A stretch of 64,000 nt of DNA from Polyangiales bacterium. Its GTDB lineage: Bacteria > Myxococcota_A > Polyangia > Polyangiales > Polyangiaceae. The translations under genes and the position numbers were made by a program. The notes under the pieces are model-generated. The model saw only the letters and a list, made by a program, of their open reading frames with translations. It did not search any database and was not told the origin of the DNA. Location of the stretch: contig JBBRLQ010000007.1 in assembly GCA_038231275.1 (NCBI GenBank), forward strand, positions 160,001-224,000, read 5' to 3'. Positions 27,430 through 35,956 of this stretch are shown here, piece by piece (positions within the stretch are counted from its first letter, which is position 1; the number at the start of each line of letters is the position of its first letter).

Positions 27430-28149
27430 TCAGGCAGAGAGGAGCTTCGCCAGCCACGCGCGCGACGCCCGGGCGTCGATGGCGAGCGCGTCGAGCCCCG
27501 GGAAGATGACGTCGTCGAGCGCGTCGACGAAGACCTTGCGCCTCATCGCGTAGGGCAGGACGCCGTGCTCGACGAGCTCCGACTCCGAAGGGTCGTCGCT
27601 GCTGCCGCCGCCGCGTAAAGGGTCGCGCTTGAACGAGTCGCCGGCCGTCGTGCTCAGCATCCACGGGATCCATCGCGAGAGGAACGCGAGATCGTCGGTG
27701 TCCTTGTGGCTCGCCAGGATCGCCCAGCCGAGCCGCGCGTGCGCCACCTCGTCCTTCGACAGCTCGCGGAGGAGCCGTCGCATCTTCACTCCGCGCACGT
27801 TCTGGATCAGCGTGACGAGCATGACGGAGCTCTCCGTCTCCGAGAGGCAGAAGGCCGCCACTTCGTAGAGCGCGCGCTTGCGGGACGTCAGGCGCGGCGG
27901 CGCGATCTCGCTCGGCGCATCGCTCATCGGCAGGAGCGGGCGCTTGTAGTGGTCGGCGAGCTCCGCGCAGAGCTCGGCGTGACGCCCCTCGTCCTTCGAC
28001 GCCTCGTGCGTCTTCGCGATCAGCGACGCCGGGGTTCCGATGCGCTCCAGCCGACCCGCCAAACGTGCGAAGCGCGCTTGCGCGTCACGCTCGACCCAGT
28101 TCCGGAAGGCCCACGCCTTGCCGGCGACGACGCGACTCTCCTCGCGCAC
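27430..28149 (-). CDS. Ferritin-like diiron-carboxylate domain protein
   Basis: E...DEGRH and E...DEVAH paired ExxH motifs; GTG start inferred 2 nt after upstream stop. Confidence 0.8.
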   Translation of the reverse strand: MREESRVVAGKAWAFRNWVERDAQARFARLAGRLERIGTPASLIAKTHEASKDEGRHAELCAELADHYKRPLLPMSDAPSEIAPPRLTSRKRALYEVAAFCLSETESSVMLVTLIQNVRGVKMRRLLRELSKDEVAHARLGWAILASHKDTDDLAFLSRWIPWMLSTTAGDSFKRDPLRGGGSSDDPSESELVEHGVLPYAMRRKVFVDALDDVIFPGLDALAIDARASRAWLAKLLSA

Positions 28150-28151
28150 GA

Positions 28152-28445
28152 CTACCAGCTGCAGAGGCCGTGCGAGCAGTCCCCGGGCCTGTTGAGGCAC
28201 GCGTCCGCCGCGGCGAGCGCGTCGGAGATTCCCCCGTCGGCGGCGCCTTCGCTCTGGGCATCGGCAGGTCCGCCGCCCGTGTCCGCCTCCGCGTCGGAGC
28301 CCGAAGGACTGTCCTTCGCGCCGCCGCCGTCGTTGCTCGCGGTGGTCGTCGGATCGCTGGAGCACGCGGGCGCCGCCATCGCGAGACCCCCCGCGACGAG
28401 GACGTGAAAGAGCTTCTTGGAAGGGCGTGACGGAATGGAAGCCAT
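28152..28445 (-). CDS. Small lipoprotein with acidic linker and Cys-rich C-terminus (CLNRPGDCSHGLCSW)
   Basis: Basic-hydrophobic signal with APAC lipobox; high-GC3 frame; abuts the ferritin-like gene. Confidence 0.7.
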   Translation of the reverse strand: MASIPSRPSKKLFHVLVAGGLAMAAPACSSDPTTTASNDGGGAKDSPSGSDAEADTGGGPADAQSEGAADGGISDALAAADACLNRPGDCSHGLCSW

Positions 28446-28513
28446 GCCCCGAGTATGACCGAAGGGACCGCCGACGTCGACGACGCCGGCGGACGAGACA
28501 CCGAACGCACGAA

Positions 28514-28537
28514 GACCCCGCGGTTTCCCGCGAGGCC
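28514..28537 (-). terminator. GNRA-capped hairpin downstream of nrdJ, likely terminator
   Basis: Minus strand GGCCTCGCGG-GAAA-CCGCGGGGTC followed by TTCGTG; weak U-tract. Confidence 0.5.
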
Positions 28538-28575
28538 CTCGTTCGTGTCATCGAACTTCGGTTACGACGATCCGC

Positions 28576-31500
28576 TCAGGAGCAACCCATCGAGTTGCCG
28601 CAGTTGAGGCACTTGTAGCAAGCGCCGTTGCGAACCGTGATGTGACCGCAGACGTCGCACACCGGTGCGTCGCCCATCATCTCTTCGAGCTGCGCGTCGA
28701 GCGCGCTCGTGGCGCTCGCCGTCGTCGTCTCCATGCCGGGGAAGCTCGCGCTGTGCTTGCTCCCTTCGAGCCCCTCGCTCATGGACGCGGATCGTGCGAC
28801 CGCCTCCTTGGTGTGCGACAGCGCGGGCATCTCCATCGTCTTGCTCAGGTTGGAGAAGTCACGCGTCGAGCTCACGTCGCGGCCCGAGATGGGGGCCGCG
28901 TCGACCTCGCGGTACGGGGTCTTGGGCTGGTCGACCGACACGTCCTCGCCTTCCGGCTTCACGTGCGCCAAGTCGTAACGGTGCAGGTACTCGATGCCGA
29001 GCACGCGGAACAGGTAATCGACGATCGACGTCGCCAGCTTGACGTTCGGGTGTCCCTCGACCGAGCCCTGCGGCTCGAAGCGGGTGAACGTGAACTGCTC
29101 CACGTACGTCTCGAGCGGCACGCCGAACTGCAGGCCGATCGACACGCTCATCGCGAAGCAGTTCATGAGGCTGCGGAAGGCCGCACCCTCCTTGTGCATG
29201 TCGATGAAGATCTCGCCGAGCGTGCCGTCCTGGTACTCGCCGGTGCGGAGGAAGATCTTGTGACCGCCGACGCGTCCCTCCTGCGTGAAGCCGTGGCGCT
29301 TGCGCGGCAGGCGGACGCGGAGGCCGTGCGGGCGGGTGAGCGGGAGGACGAGCTGCTGCGTGTCCTGCTGCTCGGTCGTGATCGGGATCGGCGAGAGGCC
29401 GGGCATGAGCGTGTCGGCCTTGGCCTTGGCCGCCGCCGCGTCCTTCTTGTCCTTTGCGTCGTCCTTGCTCTCTTTGCTCGAGGTGGAGAGCGGCTGCGAC
29501 GCCTTGCATCCGTCGCGGTAAAGCGCGACCGCCTTGAGGCCGAGGCGCCAGCCCTCCTCGTAGACCTTCGCGATTTCTTCGACGGTGGCCTCGTTGGGGA
29601 GGTTGACCGTCTTGCTGATGGCGCCTGAGAGGAAGGGCTGCGTCGCGCCCATCATCTTCACGTGGCTCATCGGCGCGAGGTAGCGAACGCCCGTCTTTCC
29701 GCAGCGGTTCGCGCAATCGAAGATCGCGTAGTGCTCCGGCTTGAGGTACGGCGCGCCTTCGATCGTCATGTGACCGACGATGGCGTCGTTCGCCTCCTCG
29801 ATCGCCTCCTTCGAGAAGCCGAGGTGCGTGAGGAGGCTGAAGCCCTTCTTGCTCTTCTGCTCCTTGCTCACACCGAGGCGCTCGTACGCCTCTTCGCCCA
29901 AGACCCACGGCCCGAAGGCGTAGTCGATCTCGAACACGCCCGGGAGCGCCGCCTCGGCCTTCGCGAGATCCGCGTCGGTGAGACCCTTCTCCTTCAGCGA
30001 CCGGCGGCTCACGTGCGGCGAGCCGAGGAGCGTGTTGGTGCCTTGCACGAAGGCCACGATCTCCTGCACCTCGCGCGCCGAGTAGCCGAGACGCGTGAGC
30101 GCCTTCGGCACCGACTGGTTCACGATCTTGAAGTAGCCGCCGCCGGCCAGCTTCTTGAACTTCACGAGCGCGAAGTCCGGCTCGATGCCGGTCGTGTCGC
30201 AGTCCATGAGGAGGCCGATGGTGCCGGTCGGCGCGAGCACGGTGGCCTGCGCGTTCCTGTACCCGTGCTTCTCGCCGAGCTTGACCGCGTGATCCCAGTC
30301 CTCGCACGCCGCCTTGTAGAGGTCGGACGGGCAGAGATCGCGGTTGATCGCGCGCGCGGCTTCGCGGTGCATCCCCATGACGCGGAGCATCGAGTCGCGG
30401 TTCTTCGCGTAGCCGACGAACGGCGTCTTCGCGGCGGCCATCTCGGCGCTCGTCTTGTAGGCGTGGCCGCACATGATCGCGGTGAGCGCGCCGGCGATGG
30501 CGCGACCCTCGTCCGAGTCGTACGGCACGCCGAGCTGCATCAGCATGGAGCCGAGGTTGGCGTAGCCGAGGCCGAGCGGGCGGTAGTCGTGGCTGTTTTT
30601 GGCGATCTGCTTGGTCGGGTAGCTCGAGAGATCGACCAGGATCTCCTGCGCGATGAAGAACGTGCGGCAGGCGTGGCGGTAGCCGTCGACGTCGAACGTC
30701 TGGCTGCCGTCGTCTGCGTCCTTGAGGAATTTGGTCAGGTTGACCGACGACAGGTTGCACGCCGTGTCGTCGAGGAACATGTACTCGGAGCACGGGTTCG
30801 ACGCGTTGATCTTCCCGCTGTTCGGGCACGTGTGCCACTTGTTGATCGTCGAGTCGTACTGCACGCCCGGATCGGCGCACGACCACGCGGCCTCGGCGAC
30901 CATCGTCCACAGGTCTTTGGCTTCGAGGGTCTCGCAGACCTCGCCGCTCGTGCGCATGATTGTCTGCCACTTGCCGCCCGCGAGGACCGCCTTCATGAAG
31001 TCGTCGGTCACGCGGATCGAGTTGTTCGAGTTCTGCCCGCTGATCGTGTGGTAGGCGTCGCCGTTGAAGTCGCTCGAGTAGCCGCCGGCGATGAGCGCGT
31101 GCGCCTTCTTCTCTTCGCGCTGCTTCCACTGGATGAAGTCGACGATCTCCGGGTGGTCCATGTCGAGGCAGACCATCTTGGCGGCGCGGCGCGTGGTGCC
31201 GCCGCTCTTCGTCGCGCCGGCCGCGCGATCGAACACCTCGAGGAAGCTCATGAGACCCGAGCTGGTGCCGCCGCCCGAGAGCTTCTCCTGCTTGCCGCGG
31301 ATCGAGCTGAAGTTGGTGCCGGTGCCGGAGCCGTACTTGAAGAGGCGCGCCTCGAACTTGATGAGGTCGTAGATGCTCATCAGGTCGTCGTCGACGTGCT
31401 GGATGAAGCAGGCCGAGCACTGCGGGCGCTCGTACGCGTTCGCCGTCTCCGTCATGGTGGAGGCGGACTCGTTGCCGTCCCACGCCCAGTTGCCGCCCGA

Positions 31501-32106
31501 GCCCTCGATGCCGTAGCGGTGCCAGAGGCCGCAGTTGAACCACACCGGGCTGTTGAACGCGCCGTACTGGTGGACGAGCAAGAAGGAGAGCTCGGCCTCG
31601 AACGTCTCGGCGTCGGCCTTCGTGGCGAAGTACCCGCCGAACTGCTCGCCCGCTTCGCGGATCGTGTGCGCGATGCGGTACACGACCTCACTGACGCTCT
31701 TCTCGCCCTTCGCCTTGTCGCCGTGCAGGCCGGCCTTGCGGAAATACTTGGAGATGACGATGTCCGTCGCGAGCTGGCTCCAGCCGGCGGGGATCTCGGC
31801 GCCTTCCATCTTGAAGACGACCGAGCCGTCGGGGTTCGTGATGATGCTCGATCGGCGCTCGTACTGAACCTCCTCGAGCGGGTTCACGCCCGGCGCGGTG
31901 AAGTGGCGCGGCATCGCGACGCCGGCGTGCGCGCCCTGCTTCGCCACGCCGGCGTGAGCGGTCGGCTTGGACGCCGCGCTCTTCGTCTTCGTACTAGGGA
32001 GGCCCGGCTTTCCGCTCTGCTTGCGCGCTGCTGTTACCACGCTGTGTCCGTTCTTCTTGCCGCCGTCGACCGGCGAACGCACCCCGAAGTCCGATGATTG
32101 TGCCAT
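28576..32106 (-). CDS. nrdJ: Vitamin B12-dependent (class II) ribonucleotide reductase with C-terminal TSCPD-like domain and Zn ribbon
   Basis: FNSP, QCSACF, NPCSEY, ACNL, LAPTGTIG and ISKTVN motifs; CDVCG...CLNCG; AAGGAGG RBS before ATG 32106. Confidence 0.96.
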   Translation of the reverse strand: MAQSSDFGVRSPVDGGKKNGHSVVTAARKQSGKPGLPSTKTKSAASKPTAHAGVAKQGAHAGVAMPRHFTAPGVNPLEEVQYERRSSIITNPDGSVVFKMEGAEIPAGWSQLATDIVISKYFRKAGLHGDKAKGEKSVSEVVYRIAHTIREAGEQFGGYFATKADAETFEAELSFLLVHQYGAFNSPVWFNCGLWHRYGIEGSGGNWAWDGNESASTMTETANAYERPQCSACFIQHVDDDLMSIYDLIKFEARLFKYGSGTGTNFSSIRGKQEKLSGGGTSSGLMSFLEVFDRAAGATKSGGTTRRAAKMVCLDMDHPEIVDFIQWKQREEKKAHALIAGGYSSDFNGDAYHTISGQNSNNSIRVTDDFMKAVLAGGKWQTIMRTSGEVCETLEAKDLWTMVAEAAWSCADPGVQYDSTINKWHTCPNSGKINASNPCSEYMFLDDTACNLSSVNLTKFLKDADDGSQTFDVDGYRHACRTFFIAQEILVDLSSYPTKQIAKNSHDYRPLGLGYANLGSMLMQLGVPYDSDEGRAIAGALTAIMCGHAYKTSAEMAAAKTPFVGYAKNRDSMLRVMGMHREAARAINRDLCPSDLYKAACEDWDHAVKLGEKHGYRNAQATVLAPTGTIGLLMDCDTTGIEPDFALVKFKKLAGGGYFKIVNQSVPKALTRLGYSAREVQEIVAFVQGTNTLLGSPHVSRRSLKEKGLTDADLAKAEAALPGVFEIDYAFGPWVLGEEAYERLGVSKEQKSKKGFSLLTHLGFSKEAIEEANDAIVGHMTIEGAPYLKPEHYAIFDCANRCGKTGVRYLAPMSHVKMMGATQPFLSGAISKTVNLPNEATVEEIAKVYEEGWRLGLKAVALYRDGCKASQPLSTSSKESKDDAKDKKDAAAAKAKADTLMPGLSPIPITTEQQDTQQLVLPLTRPHGLRVRLPRKRHGFTQEGRVGGHKIFLRTGEYQDGTLGEIFIDMHKEGAAFRSLMNCFAMSVSIGLQFGVPLETYVEQFTFTRFEPQGSVEGHPNVKLATSIVDYLFRVLGIEYLHRYDLAHVKPEGEDVSVDQPKTPYREVDAAPISGRDVSSTRDFSNLSKTMEMPALSHTKEAVARSASMSEGLEGSKHSASFPGMETTTASATSALDAQLEEMMGDAPVCDVCGHITVRNGACYKCLNCGNSMGCS

Positions 32107-32550
32107 AGCCGCCTCCTTCTTCATCACGCGCTTGAGCCCGCTCGAGCTCCGGCGCCGCTGCCGTGCTCGAGACAAAAAAATCCCCGCCCCTCACGGACCA
32201 GGCCATGGGGGGTTGCCGTCACCCGTCTCGTCTCGTCTGTGGAGAACTTGGGGGGCGATCGCCGACGTCCCGAAGGACCGCCCCGTTTTGCCTTGCTCCG
32301 GCTCCCGCCTCGTTCCCACTCCGCCCCCTCCTCTCGAGAAGAGCAGGGAGTCAGGTGACGCCAGCGTTCATCCGTACAGGCTTCCGTATCTCAGCTTGAA
32401 CGTGCGTTCAGGTTCGCCATCTCCCAATCACTTGCCCGCCACTCGCCTGCCACTCGGCCGCCCTCGTACCGATGGGTGCAGGCTGCATGCTTGCACCTTC
32501 CACCCATCGTCCGCCGGCTGCCGCGAGAGATTCGCGAACGACAGCGGAAG
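32107..32550 (-). promoter_or_regulatory. Long structured 5' leader of nrdJ (candidate cis-regulatory RNA)
   Basis: Several hairpins, including GUCC-UUCG-GGAC nested in GGGGCG/CGCCCC (32251-32284) and a stem plus U7 tract (32174-32211). Confidence 0.5.
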
Positions 32551-32552
32551 CC

Positions 32553-32584
32553 AGCATATAACCCCAAGATCTAGTAGCTGTCCA
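32553..32584 (-). promoter_or_regulatory. Sigma70-type promoter of nrdJ
   Basis: Minus strand TGGACA-N17-TTATATGCT. Confidence 0.6.
32562..32577. promoter_or_regulatory. NrdR box 1
   Basis: CCCCAAGATCTAGTAG fits consensus acaCwAtATaTwGtgt; lies in the promoter spacer upstream of an RNR gene. Confidence 0.78.
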
Positions 32585-32593
32585 GGAATATGG

Positions 32594-32609
32594 ATACTCC
32601 ATCTCGTAC
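32594..32609. promoter_or_regulatory. NrdR box 2
   Basis: ATACTCCATCTCGTAC, weaker match, 32 bp from box 1 (three helical turns, typical of tandem NrdR boxes). Confidence 0.6.
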
Positions 32610-32727
32610 CCACACTGTGAGGCAGTGGGTCCCATGGACGACAGATCTCACACCTCTTGTGTAAGCATTTGGGATCCTTGGGATCACTGAACCGCTCGAA
32701 CAGCCCTGAACGGAGGTTAGGCCCAAG

Positions 32728-32824
32728 TGTTCCACAAGCTCAGCACAACGTAGGGGGCGGTTGTTCAGGAGTTCTCCACGGCCTTACCCACAACTTTCGA
32801 GCGCGAATCGAGGGGTGTGGAAAA
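32728..32824. promoter_or_regulatory. Cluster of DnaA-box-like 9-mers
   Basis: TGTTCCACA (32728), TTCTCCACG (32772), TTACCCACA (32784) and TGTGGAAAA = rc TTTTCCACA (32816), versus TTWTNCACA. Confidence 0.55.
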
Positions 32825-32958
32825 GAAAAGCGACAAGCGAACGCCGCGGCAGGCGTCGTCACGTGCTCGCGGACACCTTGGCTCGGATGCGGCTTCAGAG
32901 ATCGATCGGGCCAGCCGTTGGTGGAGTTGGAGCACCGCTCCTTAAAGAAAGGCTCCCT

Positions 32959-33204
32959 ATGCGATTGGTTCTTCGGACTGCGGGCGCGTGGGCGCTCGTC
33001 GCGATGACACTCGTTGGATGCAACGGTTCGTCTGGAAAAAACGCCGATGTTGGCGCCTCGGGCGCGACGGGTGCCTCGAGCGGAGGCGGCACGAGCGGCG
33101 TCGGATCGAGCGGATCCGGAGGACCCGGCGGAACCAGCGGAACCAGCGGAACCGGCGGCCAACGCGGCACCGGCACCGTGAAGCTCACCCTCAAGGTCAA
33201 GTAG
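32959..33204 (+). CDS. Small Gly/Ser/Thr-rich lipoprotein
   Basis: AAAGG RBS; lipobox LVGC; ends GTVKLTLKVK just before the GAGGAG RBS of the next gene. Confidence 0.6.
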   Translation: MRLVLRTAGAWALVAMTLVGCNGSSGKNADVGASGATGASSGGGTSGVGSSGSGGPGGTSGTSGTGGQRGTGTVKLTLKVK

Positions 33205-33216
33205 AGGAGCCGTACG

Positions 33217-34280
33217 ATGAAAGCTCGTTTCACGCGTTGGGGTTTTCGTGCAGGGTTCGCGCTCCTCGCAGCGCTCACGCCGGCCACGCTGGTGTACGGC
33301 GCCACGGGGGAGGTCAGCTTCACGCCGACGGGCTTCAAGGTCTCGATCATGAGGATCGCAATCGCGGCGCAGTCCGACGGCGGGCAGCCGACGTCCGAGC
33401 AGGTCCTCTACACGTGCAAGGGAACGACCGAAGCCGAGTGCCTCGTCGACGTGACGAACCAAGCGGAGCTCGACGCGATCACTGCGCAAGCCGCCGGTGT
33501 CGCCGTACAGGTCGGGAGCTACGACGTGATCTCGCTGAACATGTGCGCGCCCGGATCGGGCGGCACGACGCGCGTACCCGGATTCGTCCGCGGAGCGTTC
33601 TTCGTCCCCAGCGAAGGCAAGACGTACGCGACCGATCCCGACGCGGCCAACGTCACCGGGCTCAAAGAGGTCCCCGATCTCGCGGACGCGGGCGCCGAGT
33701 TCACCGCGATCGGCAACTGGTCGTGCAACACGAAGACGGTCCTCCTCCGCACGCCCATCGTCGTCGCGAGCGGCGCCATCGCGCCTCTCACCGTGGTCGT
33801 CGACGCGAAGGTCATCGCGTTCTCCACCTCGCACGTCTCCCCGGGGATGGGCGGATGCCGCGGAAACGCGAACGGGCAAGGGCGCGGGCTCTGCGTGTCG
33901 TACCCGTCCATCTTTCCGCTGGTCAGTGACGACGACGCCGAGCTCGATCGCTTCCTCATCGCGCACCACCGAACGGATCCCGACGCGACGACGCGGGCGA
34001 GCCGCTCACCGCGTTCGTCCGCCCCTTCTTCAGCGAGACGTCCGCGCAGATCAGCCAGAGCGTCGTCATGGACCCCGTCTTCGGCGGACCGGGCTACATG
34101 GGCGAGACGATCGTCCCGAGCTTCCACGACGTGGGCGACGCGTCCGTGAGCTTCATCACCGGCGGCAGCCTCGACGAAGGGGCCATCTTCCGGCACTTCG
34201 AGCTGAGGGATCACAAAGGAACGGTCGACACGTACGACGCAGGATCGTGGCGCTACCACGCCGCGCCGCTCGTGCCCTGA
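33217..34280 (+). pseudogene. Exported hypothetical protein interrupted by a frameshift near 33985
   Basis: Frame 1 reads well to ...HHRTDPDA, then becomes Arg/Ser-rich; frame 3 continues DDAGEPLTAFVRPFF...HAAPLVP* with high GC3. Confidence 0.7.
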
Positions 34281-34365
34281 CGCCTATTCGGCCCGTACCT
34301 CCCGAGCTCGACGTCATGCTGCCGAGACTCGTGCACGCCGGATCAAGAGATCATCGAGCGCACCG

Positions 34366-35730
34366 TCAGCCAGCCGAACGCGACGGGGGATCGGTGACTT
34401 CGACGGGCCGCTGCGTCAGCGTCGGCTCTGCGTCGCGCTTGGCGATGATGCGATCGGCGAGCCCGAGGAGCACGTCTTCGCTCCCCGGCGGTCCGAGCAG
34501 CTGGATCGCGCGCGGGAGCCGCCCGTCGAACGTTCCGAACGGGATCGCCAAGCCCGTCGCGTCGGCGAGGTTGCCGGCAACGGTGTACGCGAGGAGCTTG
34601 GTCGTCCAATTCGATCGTAAGATCTTGGGCGGCGGATGAACCGTGACCGGCATGACGATCACGTGCCCTTCGTCCCAAAGCGCGCGAAGCGCGTCGCGCA
34701 CGCCGAACGCGCGTGCGAGCGCCTTCTCCTTGTCTCGGAAGATCGTCAAGCGCCCCAGCACGATGAGGAGCAAGAGCTCCGCGGTGATCGGATGGAACCG
34801 GCGATCGCCCAGTTTTCCGCGCAGAACCGCGGCGCTGAGCACCCCGCCGAGGCCCGCCCGCAACGAGATCGAGGGGTCCGAGTCGAGCAAGTCTTCGAAG
34901 TGGGAGCACCAGACCGCCGCGTTGATCGAGAGGAGCTCGGACGGCGAAGGAAGAGAGGTCGCCGTGTCGATCGGCAGATCGAAAGCGCTCCTCAGGATGG
35001 CGCCCGCGTCGCGCGCGAAGGTCGGCCACACGCCGGCGAGCGGCGCCCAGAGGGAGAGTTTGCGCAGCTCGAACGGCCGCGTTTCTCCCTTCTTCATGTG
35101 CGGCGCCGCCACTGCGAGTACTGCCCGCATCTGCGCGGTCGTGCGCGTGAACGGACCCTGACCGCACATCCAGGCCATCGCCGGTGGGACCGCCGGGAAG
35201 AGCTCCTGAATCGGCCACGTCGCGTGACTGAGTCGCAGCCCGAGGACTCCGCAGAACGCCGCCGGCAAGCGGATGCTCCCGCCGATGTCGGTCCCCCAGT
35301 CGAACGCGTGGAGGCCATACGCCACCGCCGCAGCCGATCCGCCGGAGCTGCCGCCGCTCGTCCGTGTTCGATCGAACGGGTTCTTGGTCGCGCCACCGAC
35401 GAAGCTCGTCGCTTCCGGTGTGAGGCCCATGTCGCTGAGGTTGGTCTTGCCGATCAGCACTGCGCCCGCCTCGTCGAACGCCCGACAAGGCGCGCTCTTG
35501 CGATCGGGCCGGCGATCGCGGTGACGGTACGAACCGCCGGTGGTTGGCAAGGGCGGCGCGTCGTATTCGTCCTTGAGCCCGTAAGGGACACCACGAAGCG
35601 CTCCACCGGTCGGCGCCGCCGCGAGCGCGTCGTCGAGCCGCGTGTTCACGTAGCAACAGAGCTCCGGCTCGTAGGCACGAATGCGCGCGACCGATTGGGC
35701 GACGGTCAACGGAAAGAGCGCGGCGCCCAT
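34366..35730 (-). CDS. Amidase signature family protein
   Basis: GLKD, GKTN, GGSSGGSAAAVA and GTDIGGSIRLPA motifs. Confidence 0.92.
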   Translation of the reverse strand: MGAALFPLTVAQSVARIRAYEPELCCYVNTRLDDALAAAPTGGALRGVPYGLKDEYDAPPLPTTGGSYRHRDRRPDRKSAPCRAFDEAGAVLIGKTNLSDMGLTPEATSFVGGATKNPFDRTRTSGGSSGGSAAAVAYGLHAFDWGTDIGGSIRLPAAFCGVLGLRLSHATWPIQELFPAVPPAMAWMCGQGPFTRTTAQMRAVLAVAAPHMKKGETRPFELRKLSLWAPLAGVWPTFARDAGAILRSAFDLPIDTATSLPSPSELLSINAAVWCSHFEDLLDSDPSISLRAGLGGVLSAAVLRGKLGDRRFHPITAELLLLIVLGRLTIFRDKEKALARAFGVRDALRALWDEGHVIVMPVTVHPPPKILRSNWTTKLLAYTVAGNLADATGLAIPFGTFDGRLPRAIQLLGPPGSEDVLLGLADRIIAKRDAEPTLTQRPVEVTDPPSRSAG

Positions 35731-35928
35731 CCGGCTACTCTACTCGCCCACTAGGGCGTCCACCCGGATGGTCACCAACGAGGCCTGGGCACCCGCGGGC
35801 CGCGCGCTGCGGCTCCCATTGTTGGTGGATCCTCTTACCTATACCCACAGTGGCTTCATTCTCCCATCGCGCACGGATGGATCGATGAATTCAACGCAAA
35901 ATCATGTACTTGTGCATATGTAGGGAAA

Positions 35929-35944
35929 TGGCACTCAATGTGCT
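35929..35944 (+). promoter_or_regulatory. Sigma54 (-24/-12) promoter of the PLD gene
   Basis: TGGCACTCAATGTGCT (GG-N10-GC) preceded by an AT-rich tract. Confidence 0.7.
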
Positions 35945-35956
35945 GAGTAGCCGGTC

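Noticed and set aside
28576..32106. Intein or intron in nrdJ
   Set aside because: Catalytic motifs are contiguous; no C...HN-C/S/T splice junctions or LAGLIDADG motifs seen
32107..32550. Cobalamin or c-di-GMP-I riboswitch in the nrdJ leader
   Set aside because: No B12-box or conserved cobalamin core seen; GGCAAAAC...GGGACG is present but lacks the GNRA-capped P2 and following CAAAG of c-di-GMP-I. Retained only as an unassigned structured leader
32408..32635. Short ORFs in the nrdJ upstream region (75 aa, 61 aa and others)
   Set aside because: Atypical codon usage, no RBS, and they overlap the promoter and NrdR boxes
32879..32894. Possible sigma54 promoter TGGCTCGGATGCGGCT before the small lipoprotein
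   Set aside because: GG-N10-GC spacing fits, but the flanks match TGGCAC/TTGC poorly; likely chance in GC-rich DNA
32568..32907. GATC clustering as Dam/oriC evidence
   Set aside because: GATC is frequent throughout this window, so the local count is uninformative
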